Positions 37,854 to 49,974 of a stretch of DNA of 64,000 nt are shown piece by piece. The notes under the pieces are model-generated. The model was given only the letters and a program-made list of their open reading frames with translations, was not told the origin of the DNA and searched no databases. The translations under genes were made by a program, and so were the position numbers. Positions within the stretch are counted from its first letter, which is position 1, and each line of letters starts with the position of its first letter. The stretch is from the NCBI RefSeq assembly GCF_006345805.1, contig NC_043018.1, positions 4,588,001-4,652,000 of the forward strand, written 5' to 3'. Source of the stretch: Octopus sinensis. Lineage: Eukaryota.

Positions 37854-39344
37854 ATGCATGTATATATATATGTGTGTGTGTGTGTGTATGTATGTATACA
37901 TGTTTTTGTGTTTGTATCCCAGCACCACTTGGCAACCAGTGTTAGTTTGTTTATGTCCCAATAATTTGCAGTTCAGCAAAAGAACAAGTACCAGACTTTA
38001 AAATAAATGCAAAATGTGGCAACAGTTTTGAATTGTTCGACCAAAGATTCTTCACGGCAGTGCTCCAGCATGGCTGCAATGCAATGACTGAAACAAGTGA
38101 AAGGCAAATCTCTATGTATTGGGAGTGGGTGGGGAAGGGCATGTTTGGCTGCATTAACAATTTATTCTTTTATACATGACAATCTTACGGTGGCGACCTG
38201 GCAGAATCAGTAGCTGAGTTCAAATTCTGCCAAGGTCGACTCTGCCTTTCATCCTTTTGGGGTCGATTAAATAAGTACCAGTTACATACTGGGGTCAATG
38301 TAATCAACTTAATCTCTTTGTCTGTCCTTGTTTGTCCCCTCTGTGGTTAGCCCCCTGTGTGGTAAGAAGCTTGCTGTGTGTCACCTTGGCTAAGATTCAT
38401 TCGACTAATACATCTTCAAAGCTGTGCTCCAGCATGACCACAGTCTAATGATTGAAACAAGACAAAAGGTAAAATATTGTTCTTATGGGCTGGATAGGTT
38501 AACCCTGGGTTAACGTTTCATACACACACACACACACACACTCCTAATCTCATGATAACTCTTCTATGCTGGATAATCCTACTCTCCTGTCTACCATGAA
38601 GTGGTTCAGTTAATAATAAAACATTTGTCCACACACCCTAATCTTGTGTTAATCCTTTCTGGATTGCAAATTCTCATATTTGGTTGTTGTTCTGTTTATT
38701 TTAAATCATCATCATCATCATCAACATTTAACGTCTGTTTTCCATGCTGGCATGGGTTGGACAGCTTGACAGGAACTAGTAAGGCCAGGGGCCACAGAAG
38801 GTTCCCTAATTTGTTTTGGCTTGGTTTCAACAGCTGGATGCCCATCCTAAAGCCAACCCCTTAACAGGGGGTACTGGGTACTTTTTATGTGGCACCATCA
38901 TCAGTGCTTTTTATGTGGCACCAGCACTCACACCAATGCTTGTGACATGGCACCTTGGTTTTAGGATCTCATAAAAAAATGGAATTAGTAGTTTGGAAAA
39001 TATAAATAGACATGTCCAATCTCAAAAAGAAAACCATCTAATCTGATTTCAGTTTTTTTTTTAATAAATTAATGAGTTTTGTAGATGAGTGCTTAAGAAA
39101 TAGGCCCTCATCATATTGAGCCATCAACATCAGTTTAACATCTACATTTCCATGCTTGCATGGGTCAGACGGAACTTGTTGAGGCAGATATCCTACAAAC
39201 AGACACCCTTCTTGTTGCCAACCCTCACCTGTTTCCATGCAAGCTAATATTTCCCCATGACATGTTTTCTATGGAAAACTGGAAATAAACAACGCTGTCT
39301 GTGGAATAGTGATGCTTGTTCACAACCATCTGGTGATATCAAGA

Positions 39345-39375
<31 letters not shown>

Positions 39376-39662
39376 TCTATGTTGGACTTCCAGTTTGTGT
39401 TTAGCAAACCCACTCACAAAGCATTAAGTCAGTTTGGGGTTATAGTAGAAGACTGTTGCCCAAGGCACTGCACAGTGGGACTGAACCCAAGACCACATGG
39501 TTGGGAAACATGCTTCTTAACCATAGAACCACACTTGGGTATGCAATATAATTCTAATTGTACCAATATAATTATTAAATATTTTAATATTTCTGGTTGG
39601 TATTAAAAGGATTAAATGACAAATGTATAAGAATAATCAGTTGGCATTCATAAAGTGCAGAT

Positions 39663-39731
<69 letters not shown>

Positions 39732-40132
39732 ATAAAATACAATTCTCCTCTTCACCCCTCCTCATCCCCCTCCTTTAACGTTTGTTTTCCATGCTGGCAT
39801 CATGGATTTGATGGTGGGACCAGAGCTGGCAAGCTGGAGAGATGCAACAGGTTCCAGTTTGATCTGCCTTAGTTTCGATGCCTGGATGCCCTTCCTAATG
39901 TCAGCCACTTTGCAGTGAATGCTTTTAATATGTGGTGCCAGAATGAGGGCTTTTTTACGTGGCACCAACACAGGACTCTTTCAAGCCAATCCTCATCTCT
40001 GGAAGATGCAACTTCTGCTGTGAATGATGGGTATTCTTGAGCTTCTGTTGTGGAGGACAGGTCTTTTATTAAAACTTTTTTACAACCACTGCATTTTCTG
40101 TCTTTTCTTTTTTTCTTCTTGCAACTGTTCAG

Positions 40133-40152
40133 CAAAAAGCTACCAAAAATTG
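40133..40152 (+). other. Candidate 20-nt non-coding 5'UTR micro-exon of the LRR gene
   Basis: Long pyrimidine tract ending ctgttcAG at 40132 and a strong GTAAGT donor at 40153. A 74-nt intron then runs to the polypyrimidine-ttacAG acceptor at 40226. Confidence 0.55.
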
Positions 40153-40241
40153 GTAAGTCCTCTAAATTTTATCAATGCTTCATATCTGTTCTTATAATTC
40201 TGTTTTCATTTTTCTCCATCTTACAGATTTTTCAGTCAAGA

Positions 40242-43091
40242 ATGAAGCTGATGTATATCTACTATGCCTTTGTTGTCTTTTCTATAAGACTAGGCCAGTT
40301 ATTCATTGGAGCCACAACACAAAACTGCCCAGTTATTTGCAAATGTACACAAAAACCAACAGTCGCTTGGTGCAGACAAATACCAACCAACTTGACAAAT
40401 TTTACTTCAACACTCACAGAACTTCACCTTACCAATATTAACCTTGGCCCCACACTTTCTCAAAATTTTCCTCCAATGCCTAAGTTGGAATTGCTAGATC
40501 TTTCCAAAAATGGTATCTACCTATTAGGTAGTAAAATTTTACACAACCTTCCTAACTTGAAAACTTTGATCTTGAAAGAGAATATGGTATCCACATTGGC
40601 ACCATCATTTTTTGAGCAGAATACAAAACTGGAATATCTTGATTTGAGCAAAAATAAATTTTCAGCACTGCCAGACCATTGTATGAAATATCTGAGACAA
40701 CTGAAGGTTTTCAATATTAGTTACAACATACTGACGAGCCCTTCTCTTATGCTGGGGTTTCAACAAACTAAGAATTTAAAAGTTATTGATTATTCTCAAA
40801 ACAAATTCCATTACTTTGCCCCTGATACTTTCCTTTTCTCTGACAAATGGAACAGAGGTATAGGGAGACATATCAATCTATCATACTGTAATATTAAAGA
40901 CATATATCCAAAAGTCTTTGAAAATTTTCCGAATCTAGTTTCCCTTTCTCTTTCTGGAAATCCATTAATTCCAAGGGCAAACTTAACATTGCTCTTGGCA
41001 AACATACAAAATAGCTCATCACTTAAAAAACTGGACATGTCTTTTCTAAATTACCCTACAATTACCTCTGCATTTGCTAACTTGCAACAGATCACCATCA
41101 AAGAACTTGATTTGTCAGGGAATAAAATAGAAACTATAGAAGCCGTTTCTTTGCAGTATTTGTCAACCCTGCACATTTTCAAAGTCAACAGAAACAAACT
41201 GAAAACCCTAAATGGGTTGGTTAGACTTGGTAACTTACGCTACCTCGACATCTCTTATAACCAAATCAACAAACTGAACATAGATTATGTTAAAACTTTC
41301 TTCAAGATGGAACATTTCGTTGGTCACCACAACAAGCTGCTTACAGTAACCCGTGAGGAACTCTTGGAATGGAAAGGTCTGCGTTACTTGGATATTAGCC
41401 ACAATAAATTGGAAATGTTGAATCTTCCTATGGTGTCCAACCTAGAAACTCTGTACGTTAGCCACAACAAACTGAGATCTCTGTTGTTCCCTGTCGGAAC
41501 AATGGCACTGAAGACTATTGATGCCAGTCACAATAAGCTAACGTCAATGGTGCCATTTCAGTTCTCTGGAATGGAACATATACATTTGGTGAATTATAGT
41601 CATAATGATATTACGATGATACATGAACAAACGTTCAAGGGATACACACCAAAGAAAATAGATTTATCAGGAAATAAAATCACAAAACTTGATCATTATG
41701 GCTGGGAATTTGCAACTGAAGTTTACTTAAGAAATAATCCTGTGAAAGAGATTAGCATACAAGCATTCTACCACATGTTCAGTTTAGAAATCTTGGATTT
41801 AGGCCACAATAAGATCAAAGAAATTGTACCAGGTACCTTTAAGCATTTGAAGAATCTGACAACTCTCCTTCTCTCTGATAATGACTTTGGCTCAAACACA
41901 GATTTTGGAAGGGTCTTCAATCCTTTACTTGAGTTAAAACATTTGGACCTGTCTGCAAATGCCTTAACAGTATTAAACAATGCTAGTTTGAAAAAAAACC
42001 CAAATTTGAAAAGTATCTATTTGACATTTAATAACCTAACAAAAATCTCACCAGCAATGTTTTCAACCATAGCAAAACTGGAACGAATAGATTTTTCCTT
42101 GAACCCTTATGTGTGTGACTGTAGTCTTCTCCCACTCAGAGACTGGTTGCGTAAGACTTCGGCAGAACTTCACAATGTCCACGTTAAAAGCGCTTATGCA
42201 TGTAATAACCCACCTTCAAGAAAAGGAATCAACATATGGGATTTTGAAGTGGAAAATTTCGAATGCCACAAAAATTTGTTATATCTAATAATATTTGGAT
42301 CGTTTACTATTTTTGTGGTGGTGAGCATAACTATTTTGGCGATAGCAAGGTACATCCATGAAAAATGTAAACAAAGAAGGATAGCAAAAAATTTCAAGAT
42401 GCTAAATCGATATACAATAGACTGGGTTCAATCAAGGGATCAGATTAATCCCCTATTGACTGAAAACTTAAAGAAGAAACCACCTTCGGTTTGCAAAGAG
42501 GAGCAACCAAAGCTAAAAGACAAGCCACCACAAGAGAATCTCACAGAGGCTGAACAAGTCAAAAAAGAAAATGGGAAAGAGAATATTTATGTGAATTGTC
42601 AAGAATTACAGCAGATGAGACAAAATATGCAAACTAAGATCAATCGACGAGCAATGACACCAGATCCCTACTCTGGAACGAAATACAACTCAAATGTTCA
42701 CAACTACCGACGTCACAGCTTTGCTGGAAATAATGGTGAAAACTATGAACGTTCATGGCAATATGGACGTAGAGCCCATGGAATTCCAGATGACCGAAGC
42801 CTAACACAGTGGAGGAATCAAAACCAAAACAGGTCCACATCAATGTATCATGTATATCCAGATTTTGGATATAGTACTCTTCCTACCAGATATCCTACTT
42901 CTGTAGACTCTTGGCCAAACAGATACTCCAAAAAGATCAGTGACTCTGTTCTTGTACACAGACCTTATCAAGGTCACCAGTATCTTCAACAATATCCTTA
43001 CTATTTGCATCAGTATAACCGACATTTAGCCAGAAGCCACTTGAGGCGTAATGTTCCAATGCGAAGAAGTGCAACAGCACAGTGGTTGTAG
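40242..43091 (+). CDS. Single-pass leucine-rich-repeat transmembrane receptor (~949 aa), TLR-like ectodomain without TIR domain, nested antisense in a DARS2 intron
   Basis: Uninterrupted 3-kb ORF. Likely start MKLMYIYYAFVVFSIRLG (signal-peptide-like), just after the acceptor ttacag at 40226. Then LRRNT CPVICKC, ~23-24 LxxLxLxxN repeats, LRRCT NPYVCDCSLLPLRDWL...YACNNP...FEC, hydrophobic TM LLYLIIFGSFTIFVVVSITILAIA and a ~240-aa polar tail. AATAAA at 43129. Confidence 0.9.
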   Translation: MKLMYIYYAFVVFSIRLGQLFIGATTQNCPVICKCTQKPTVAWCRQIPTNLTNFTSTLTELHLTNINLGPTLSQNFPPMPKLELLDLSKNGIYLLGSKILHNLPNLKTLILKENMVSTLAPSFFEQNTKLEYLDLSKNKFSALPDHCMKYLRQLKVFNISYNILTSPSLMLGFQQTKNLKVIDYSQNKFHYFAPDTFLFSDKWNRGIGRHINLSYCNIKDIYPKVFENFPNLVSLSLSGNPLIPRANLTLLLANIQNSSSLKKLDMSFLNYPTITSAFANLQQITIKELDLSGNKIETIEAVSLQYLSTLHIFKVNRNKLKTLNGLVRLGNLRYLDISYNQINKLNIDYVKTFFKMEHFVGHHNKLLTVTREELLEWKGLRYLDISHNKLEMLNLPMVSNLETLYVSHNKLRSLLFPVGTMALKTIDASHNKLTSMVPFQFSGMEHIHLVNYSHNDITMIHEQTFKGYTPKKIDLSGNKITKLDHYGWEFATEVYLRNNPVKEISIQAFYHMFSLEILDLGHNKIKEIVPGTFKHLKNLTTLLLSDNDFGSNTDFGRVFNPLLELKHLDLSANALTVLNNASLKKNPNLKSIYLTFNNLTKISPAMFSTIAKLERIDFSLNPYVCDCSLLPLRDWLRKTSAELHNVHVKSAYACNNPPSRKGINIWDFEVENFECHKNLLYLIIFGSFTIFVVVSITILAIARYIHEKCKQRRIAKNFKMLNRYTIDWVQSRDQINPLLTENLKKKPPSVCKEEQPKLKDKPPQENLTEAEQVKKENGKENIYVNCQELQQMRQNMQTKINRRAMTPDPYSGTKYNSNVHNYRRHSFAGNNGENYERSWQYGRRAHGIPDDRSLTQWRNQNQNRSTSMYHVYPDFGYSTLPTRYPTSVDSWPNRYSKKISDSVLVHRPYQGHQYLQQYPYYLHQYNRHLARSHLRRNVPMRRSATAQWL

Positions 43092-45251
43092 ATGAAGAAT
43101 GAGAGCTATGGGTTTTAATGCTAATCGTAATAAAAATTATAAAGAATTTCGTTCACCTTTTTCATACCAACCTGCTTCTAGTTTTGTCAACGATAAATCA
43201 ATATTTTAAAATTCGTATTTCAATTAAAATTGATCACAAGGATGTTAGTGAAGAACCTTAATGTCAAGTTATGTCCCAAACACTGGTTTAATACAGCAAG
43301 AAAGGAAAATATTTGTTATGTGTGATTGTTTTCAAAAAATTATTGAACATAAACAATAAGTTTTAATTGAAATTTGGTCATGAAAGGGTTTCAATAGAGA
43401 AGTTCCACAAGTTCTCTTCACACAACATATTTTTCATACAAGTTTTTATTTTTTTACAACCAGACACCCTTGATATAAAAAATGTCTGGTCAAATACCTG
43501 CATGCCATGGATTTGCTCAATCAGAGCTGGCCAAGAGTTACCCTTACTACTACTACTACTACTACTACTATTACCACCACCACCACAACCACATCAATAA
43601 TGATACAGCAACAGAAAACAATATGATTAAATAAACAACTGCTTAAAATTAATTTTTGGCTTTTTATAAAATCACACACAGACACGTTCATGTCACTCAA
43701 AATAGCAGTCAAATCCACCTCAAATCTTAGATTTACACTGGGTCTGAGAACAACAAAAATGGGATAGTCACAGCTGGAACACTTTGTGGGTTGACTTGTA
43801 GGGAGTAAGAAAGCAAACGTCACCACCGACACACACACACACATGTATATCCCCACTTAAACATGAATGTTCCATTAGAACAAACAATACTGCAGTAGAT
43901 TCCACGAGAGAAACTCTCATTCTGGCTTTTGGTGCAAAATGCACTCATGCTTACATCACTAGCAGAGAGATGAATCCCTGCCCCTTCCAGTGCTAAGACC
44001 ACTAGGTCACGTGATTTCGACCTTCTTTAGTCTTGTCAATGATGGATGCTTGACTGCTAGAAATAGCAGCAACTCATCCCTCTGCCAACCAAATATAGAA
44101 AAGCTGCCACAACAGGTGTATATATGCGTGCATACATGTATGCATGCATGTACATAAATAAGCAAGTGTATGTGAGTAAATGTGTGTGTTTACACACCTA
44201 TACACACACAGCTGAGCTTCCACACAGTTTTCATCTATTGAATTACACTCACAAGGCTTCGGCTCATCAAAGGCTACAGTGAAAGACATTTGCCCACATT
44301 ATTGTGAACTTCTAAATAACAAGTTATTCAAATTATTGTAGAAGTCTTATCGGAGATAATCCTTCTTACAATAGGTAGAATGACTTTCTAAGAGAGTTAC
44401 CTGTATTACATTAGCATCCCATCCAGTGGACATTTATTACTCATCAACTTTCTGCTACGAAATCTGGAATTAATTCATGTAAACCATGGAGGTTTGTGAA
44501 AGAAAGAAATTCTTTCATGGAATCAGAGGAAAAAAACTCAAAATATTTTCTTCACTTTTAAAAATAATTTTGAATAAAATTATTATTATTGTTGTCGTTT
44601 CTTTTATCTTTTACTTATTTGTTATTTGACTGCGGCCATGTTGGGGCACTGCCTCACAGGGTTTTTTAGTTGAACTAATTGACCCCAGGACTCATTTTTG
44701 AAGCCCAGTACTTAATCTATCAGTCTCTTTTGCCAAACCACTAAGTTATAGGGGATGTAAACACACTAGCACTGGTTGGCAAGCAGTAGTGGGGAACAAA
44801 CATAAACACAAAATACACACACACACTCACACATGCGTGTGTGTGATGGGCTTCTTTCAGTTTCCATCTACCATATCCATTCACAAGGCTTTGGTCAACC
44901 GGAGGCTACAATAGAAGACACTTGCCCAAGGTGCCATGCAGTGGGATTGAACCCAGAATAAATTGGTTGGGAAGCAAGCTTCTCAAAACACAAACCCTAA
45001 AACAAAAAAAAAACTGTACAGATTTTATCTGTTGCCCTTACTCCCTATTGCCCTCAGTAATCAATAAAATGTTCTACTGCAGAACCACCCACTTTAAAAA
45101 GTACTGGGTTACAACAAGGAATTGAAACTGGGCTGTAAACTCAACTCACTGAAAATCTAAGACTGCTTTATGGATTTTTTGTATCATTTTAAAGGATACA
45201 GACAAAAAAGAAAAGAGGAAAAAATAAAGAAAATTGTCAATAACCACTCAC

Positions 45252-45317
45252 TGCTAATGTTGTGTTTTCATTTCCCAAATCTTTCACTTTCCGAAGATCT
45301 CTGCTAGTCAAATATTT
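45252..45317 (-). CDS. DARS2: DARS2 exon (GAD domain)
   Basis: gtaatgtttcag|AAA...GCA|GTGAGT; 66 nt, phase 0-0; KYLTSRDLRKVKDLGNENTTLA, corresponding to human KYLKRKDIESIR. Confidence 0.78.
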
Positions 45318-45403
45318 CTGAAACATTACAAAGAATACATAAATGTCTTTTACTCAGATTATGATGAGAAATGCTTATTATTATTATCATTATTATTATC
45401 ATT

Positions 45404-45764
45404 CAGTAGTTTTATTTTTATAGCATGCTTTCACTTCACTACCGAGCGCAGCTCTGTGTGCCTTGGGTATGTGCTGTGATTTATTGTGATGCTCTGATGG
45501 TTATTGTATGGAAAGTGTTCTGCGTAGGATGTGTGCAGTGCCTAGTAGTGCAATTTTCTGTATGTTATATGTGTTTGTAAGTCCTGGTGTTTTTGTTATG
45601 TATTTGTCTGAATATTTATTTATCATGCCTAATGCACCTACTATGATAGGAATTGTTTCTGTTTTTAGATTCCACATTCTGGTTACCTCTATTTCCAGGT
45701 CTTTGTATTTTGAAAGTTTCTCCATTTCTTTTAGAGACACGTTGTCATCTGCTGGTATTGATAC
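45404..45764 (-). mobile_element. Second, shorter copy of the same R4/Dong-type family
   Basis: ORF 45501..45740 differs from 6607..6846 at 3 of 79 aa. Same 3'UTR ending in ACTACTG; (AAT)n on both flanks. Confidence 0.9.
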
Positions 45765-45815
<51 letters not shown>

Positions 45816-47214
45816 TGAGTGAGAGAGCAGTGCATGCCATCAAAGTGACACTAGGGTAAAATATACGAAGCCCAGTATACCCATCATGACTACCCGTCTG
45901 ATAAGGGTACACCAGGCACATGCATCACAACCATATGTGTGAGACATGATCTCATATCAAAATAAACAGCACATGACCTTGCAGGTGGGGCCCAGTTAGA
46001 ATTTTCTTCAGGTTGAGTAGCCCATCCCGCTCAAACGGTCCCTGAATAAGGGTTGTTTAAGGATGTTGAATGAAACACCCATGTTTCTAGAGCTGAATTA
46101 TTCAAACCCCAAAGAATTCCTATCAACACATGGCTATGATGCTCCCCCACTACTTCTGCTCGTGATCAGAAATGCACATATCGTCAGCCACTAAGGGACA
46201 TGCTCAACTGGTTATGGTCAAACAACTAACAAGCAAATCTGTGGTATTGAGCAGAATATCTGCTGTAGCCCATCTTTTATACCAAGACAAAACAATGGAC
46301 ATGATAACACTTCCAATCAGTTAAGATGAGAAACTATGAGAGCCACTGCCTGGTACTGCATTAGGGCATATCATCATCATCATCATTATTATTATTATTA
46401 TTATTTTCATTATTATTATTATTAAGGCGGTGTGCTGACAGAGTCATTAGCATGCTGGGTAAAATGCTTTGCGGCGTTTTGTCCAACTTTACATTCAAAG
46501 TTCAAATTCCGCTGATGTCGACTTTGCTCTTCATCCTTTTAGGGTTGATAAAATAAGTACCAGTTAAACACTGGGGGTCAATGTAATCAACTCATCCCCT
46601 TCCCCAAAATTGCTGCTCTTGTGACAAAATTTGAAACCATTATTATTATTATTATTATTATTATTATAGTACTTGTTGTTATAGTTGTTGCTGATGTTAC
46701 TGCAGTTGTTGAGGTTATTATTATAAGTGTACACCAGACACATGCATCACAACCATATGTGCACAACATGATTTCATATCAAGATAAACAGCACATAACC
46801 TTGCAGGTTGGGGCCCAATTAGAATTTTATTCAGGATGAGTAGACCATCCTGCTTAAAATCTGAATAAGGGTTGTTTTAGAATGATGAATGAAACACCCA
46901 TGTTTCCAAGGTTGAATTATTCAAATCCCAAAAAATCTCTCCAAATACACGGCTATGATGCTCCTCCACTACTTCTGCTTGTGATCAGAGAAGCACATAT
47001 CGTCAGCCACTAAGGGACATGCTCAACTGGTTAAAGTCAAACAACTGACAAGTAAATCTGTGGTATTGAGCAGAATATTTGCTGTTGGCCATCTTTTATA
47101 CCAAGACAAAACAATGTACACGATAACACTTCCGATCAGTGAAGATCAGAAGCCATGAGAGCCACAGCCTCATGTTTTGTGTATCTAAAAGTTAGATATT
47201 AAATTATTCAGACA

Positions 47215-47800
47215 TTTCAGTAAGGGAACAATCAACAAATTGAAAAAGGTCCCTTACTGCTACCTCTCCTGTGCCTTAAACTCCATTTTTTATCAAGAAA
47301 TACGGTCTTCTGCATGACATGTAACCTTGCATCATTTTCAATTTTATTTACACAGTCCTTGAAATTGTCCACTATGCATCCCAATGCTCCAATCCCCACT
47401 GGAATCACTAAAACCTTCTTCATCCAGCACAATCTTCCAATCTCCTCCTTCGGTGACTCATACTTCCCTGTCTTTCCATACTCTTTATCTTTCACTCCAA
47501 CTCCTGGAATGGAGATATCAATAAGTTTGATCTCTTTCTCTTTCTTGTTGACAACTACAATGTCTGGACGTCTTGCCACAGCCATTCTATCATGTTGAAT
47601 GGTGATGTCCCACAGAAGCTTCAATCGGACATTCTCTAACAGCTTTTCCGGTTTCTGCTCATATTGCTTAGCTGCTCGGACAAACCCATATGTTTCAGAT
47701 ATCATCCACTGGATATAACTACCAACATTATCATGACATCTTTTGTACTCTCATTGTGCCAACTTAGCACACTTGCTTATCAAATGGCTGACCATTTCTG
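47215..47800 (-). mobile_element. Degenerate R4/Dong-type RLE element fragment
   Basis: PEKLLENVRLKLLWDITIQHDRMAVARRPDIVVVNKKEKEIKLIDISIPG...VIPVGIGALG. Related scraps at ~48230-48340 (GALGTTPKVL) and ~48700-48830. Confidence 0.8.
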
Positions 47801-49061
47801 CTTTTGTTCCACACTTTCTACAAAATGGTGATTCTTTCATTTTGTCAACATGAAGTTAGTTTGGAGAACCTGATCTTAACGAGAGCATCTGATGTTAAAG
47901 TAGTTAGTTTGGAGAGCCTGCCCCTGGGTGCCGCACACTGGAACTTCAGTGCATCTTTTCAAATCATGGCATTTTGTCTGTCTTTAACATTCAAAATTTG
48001 TCGAGTTTGACTTTGTTATTCATTCTTTGAGGGTCAATGGAATAAGTACCAGTTATGCACTGGGGTCCATATAATCATGTAGCTCTCCTCCTCAAAATGT
48101 CCAGAGTAGAAAGAATTATTATTATTGCTAAAGCTATTACATGCACTATTAGTCAGCAGGAATGTAGTCTTGAGGTCTGGTCACAACAAATCTCTTCAAA
48201 CCTCAAGAACCTTTCTTATGATTCTGCCAGAATACAGGATGGCACTTTGCTGCAGGTTGATAATGTGAATTCCAACTCCACTATCTTCCAGTCTCTATGG
48301 CAACACTTTAGGTGTTGTGCCAAGTGCACCAACTGATTACAGGAACAATTATCATCTTAATCACCCATAATCTCTTCAAATCTGACCAGATCTTGATACT
48401 TCTCAAATTTTTTCAGTTTCTTTTCTATCCACTATCTTCATGATGATGATGATGAAGATCTTCTATGACCTTATAGTTTTCTTCTTTTTCTCTTGTCCAC
48501 AGCCAACATATATGGTCTTCTTGCTTAAATACTACGGTCAGTCTTCATGGAGAACTACTACAAAATGCCACCATCATCACTCACCATCACAGCCTCTGTC
48601 TCACCTTCACACCACTTCTCTCTTACTTGGCTAACATACCAATGCACTCGTTTACCAACAGTCATGCTTCTACTTATACTCTTTTTCTACTAACTTATTG
48701 CATTCACTTCAGAGATAGTTGATACCTTTGTCTCCTTCTCCCAAAATTCTGCATTTCTTCTCTAAGTTTTATCAATTTTTGCCTTCATCAGATTCAGTTT
48801 AATGGTTTGTTCCTGAGCAGTTATAACTAATGATCCAATATCTTCTTATCATTAGCAGCAGCAGCAGTGGTGGTGTTGGTGGTGGTGGTGGTGGTTAGTG
48901 GTAGTAGTAGCAGTAGTAGTAGTAGTAGTATGGGTAGTGGATTGGTAGAATTGTTAGGACATTGAAAAAAAAACGATTTGGTGCATGAACAAAACCAAAG
49001 TAAAAGAAAAAACAGAAGAAATACGTGATTATAAAAGAATTAAATAAATAAATATGCTAAC

Positions 49062-49169
49062 CATTCCTTGCTTTAGGACAATCGTCTGGACAGAACCCAG
49101 TGGAGTTGATAAGACAGTGTTTAAAAAATCAATGCCACTGTCTTGTAGGATATGAGAAATATCATTCAG
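49062..49169 (-). CDS. DARS2: DARS2 exon (GAD insertion domain)
   Basis: ttcattcatctag|CTG...ATG|GTTAG; 108 nt, phase 0-0; LNDISHILQDSGIDFLNTVLSTPLGSVQTIVLKQGM aligns to the recalled human [36 protein letters not shown]. Confidence 0.85.
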
Positions 49170-49974
49170 CTAGATGAATGAAAATACAATTAAACAACAA
49201 TAAAAACATATAATTTGATAACAATATTTATTTTTACAAACAAAAGTTAAATTTTGGTTAATTCTAAATTGTAAAATGTTTGGATCTGTTTGGGTTAAAT
49301 CATAGCTTAAACATCAAAAATCAGTGAAAAGTAATAATTTTGTTTCATTTTTGCATTTGGTTTACAAGATTATTAATGTGAATTCATTTATTGAAACAAA
49401 TTTTGTTGTGTCTAGGGAGGTCATTGTGCCAATATTAATAACACACACACACACTGGTTCAATTCTACTCCAACAAATTAAACAAATGATCAATTAGTTA
49501 GTTGGATGGATATTTAACTAATTGACTAATAACAAAGGAGTGGAATTGAAACAGTGTGTGTGTGTGTTATTAATATTGGCACAATGACTCTCCCTAGACA
49601 CAACAAAATAATAAATTTGTTATTTTCAATTTTCCTTATTTTTCAGTGTTTTAATATCCTCTCTTCCACACTCACACGCATCCCATAGAAAAATCTAAAT
49701 CTGTGGAGACAGATTTTTCTATGGCTGGATGCTTTCCGTGTCACCAATCCTCATCTGTTTCCAAATAAGGAGATATTTCCCTATGGCTAGACAAGTTTGG
49801 AAATGAAGTATATTGCTTCTCTGGCAGTAACACTCATTTACAACAATCATGCAAAGTTGAAACAAAGAAACACCATCCCACACAACCACACACACACACA
49901 CAACCACACACACACACACATAACCACACACACACACACATGGTGGGCTTCTTCCAGGTTCTGTCTAACTAATC

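Noticed and set aside
40050-40241. ORF-track N-terminal extension of the LRR protein (1013 aa)
   Set aside because: It starts at GTG and runs through polypyrimidine tracts and splice sites. The signal-peptide-like sequence begins at the ATG at 40242.
43074-43088. C-terminal ...TAQWL as a PDZ-binding motif
   Set aside because: Position -2 is Q, which does not fit class I (S/T) or class II (hydrophobic) consensus.
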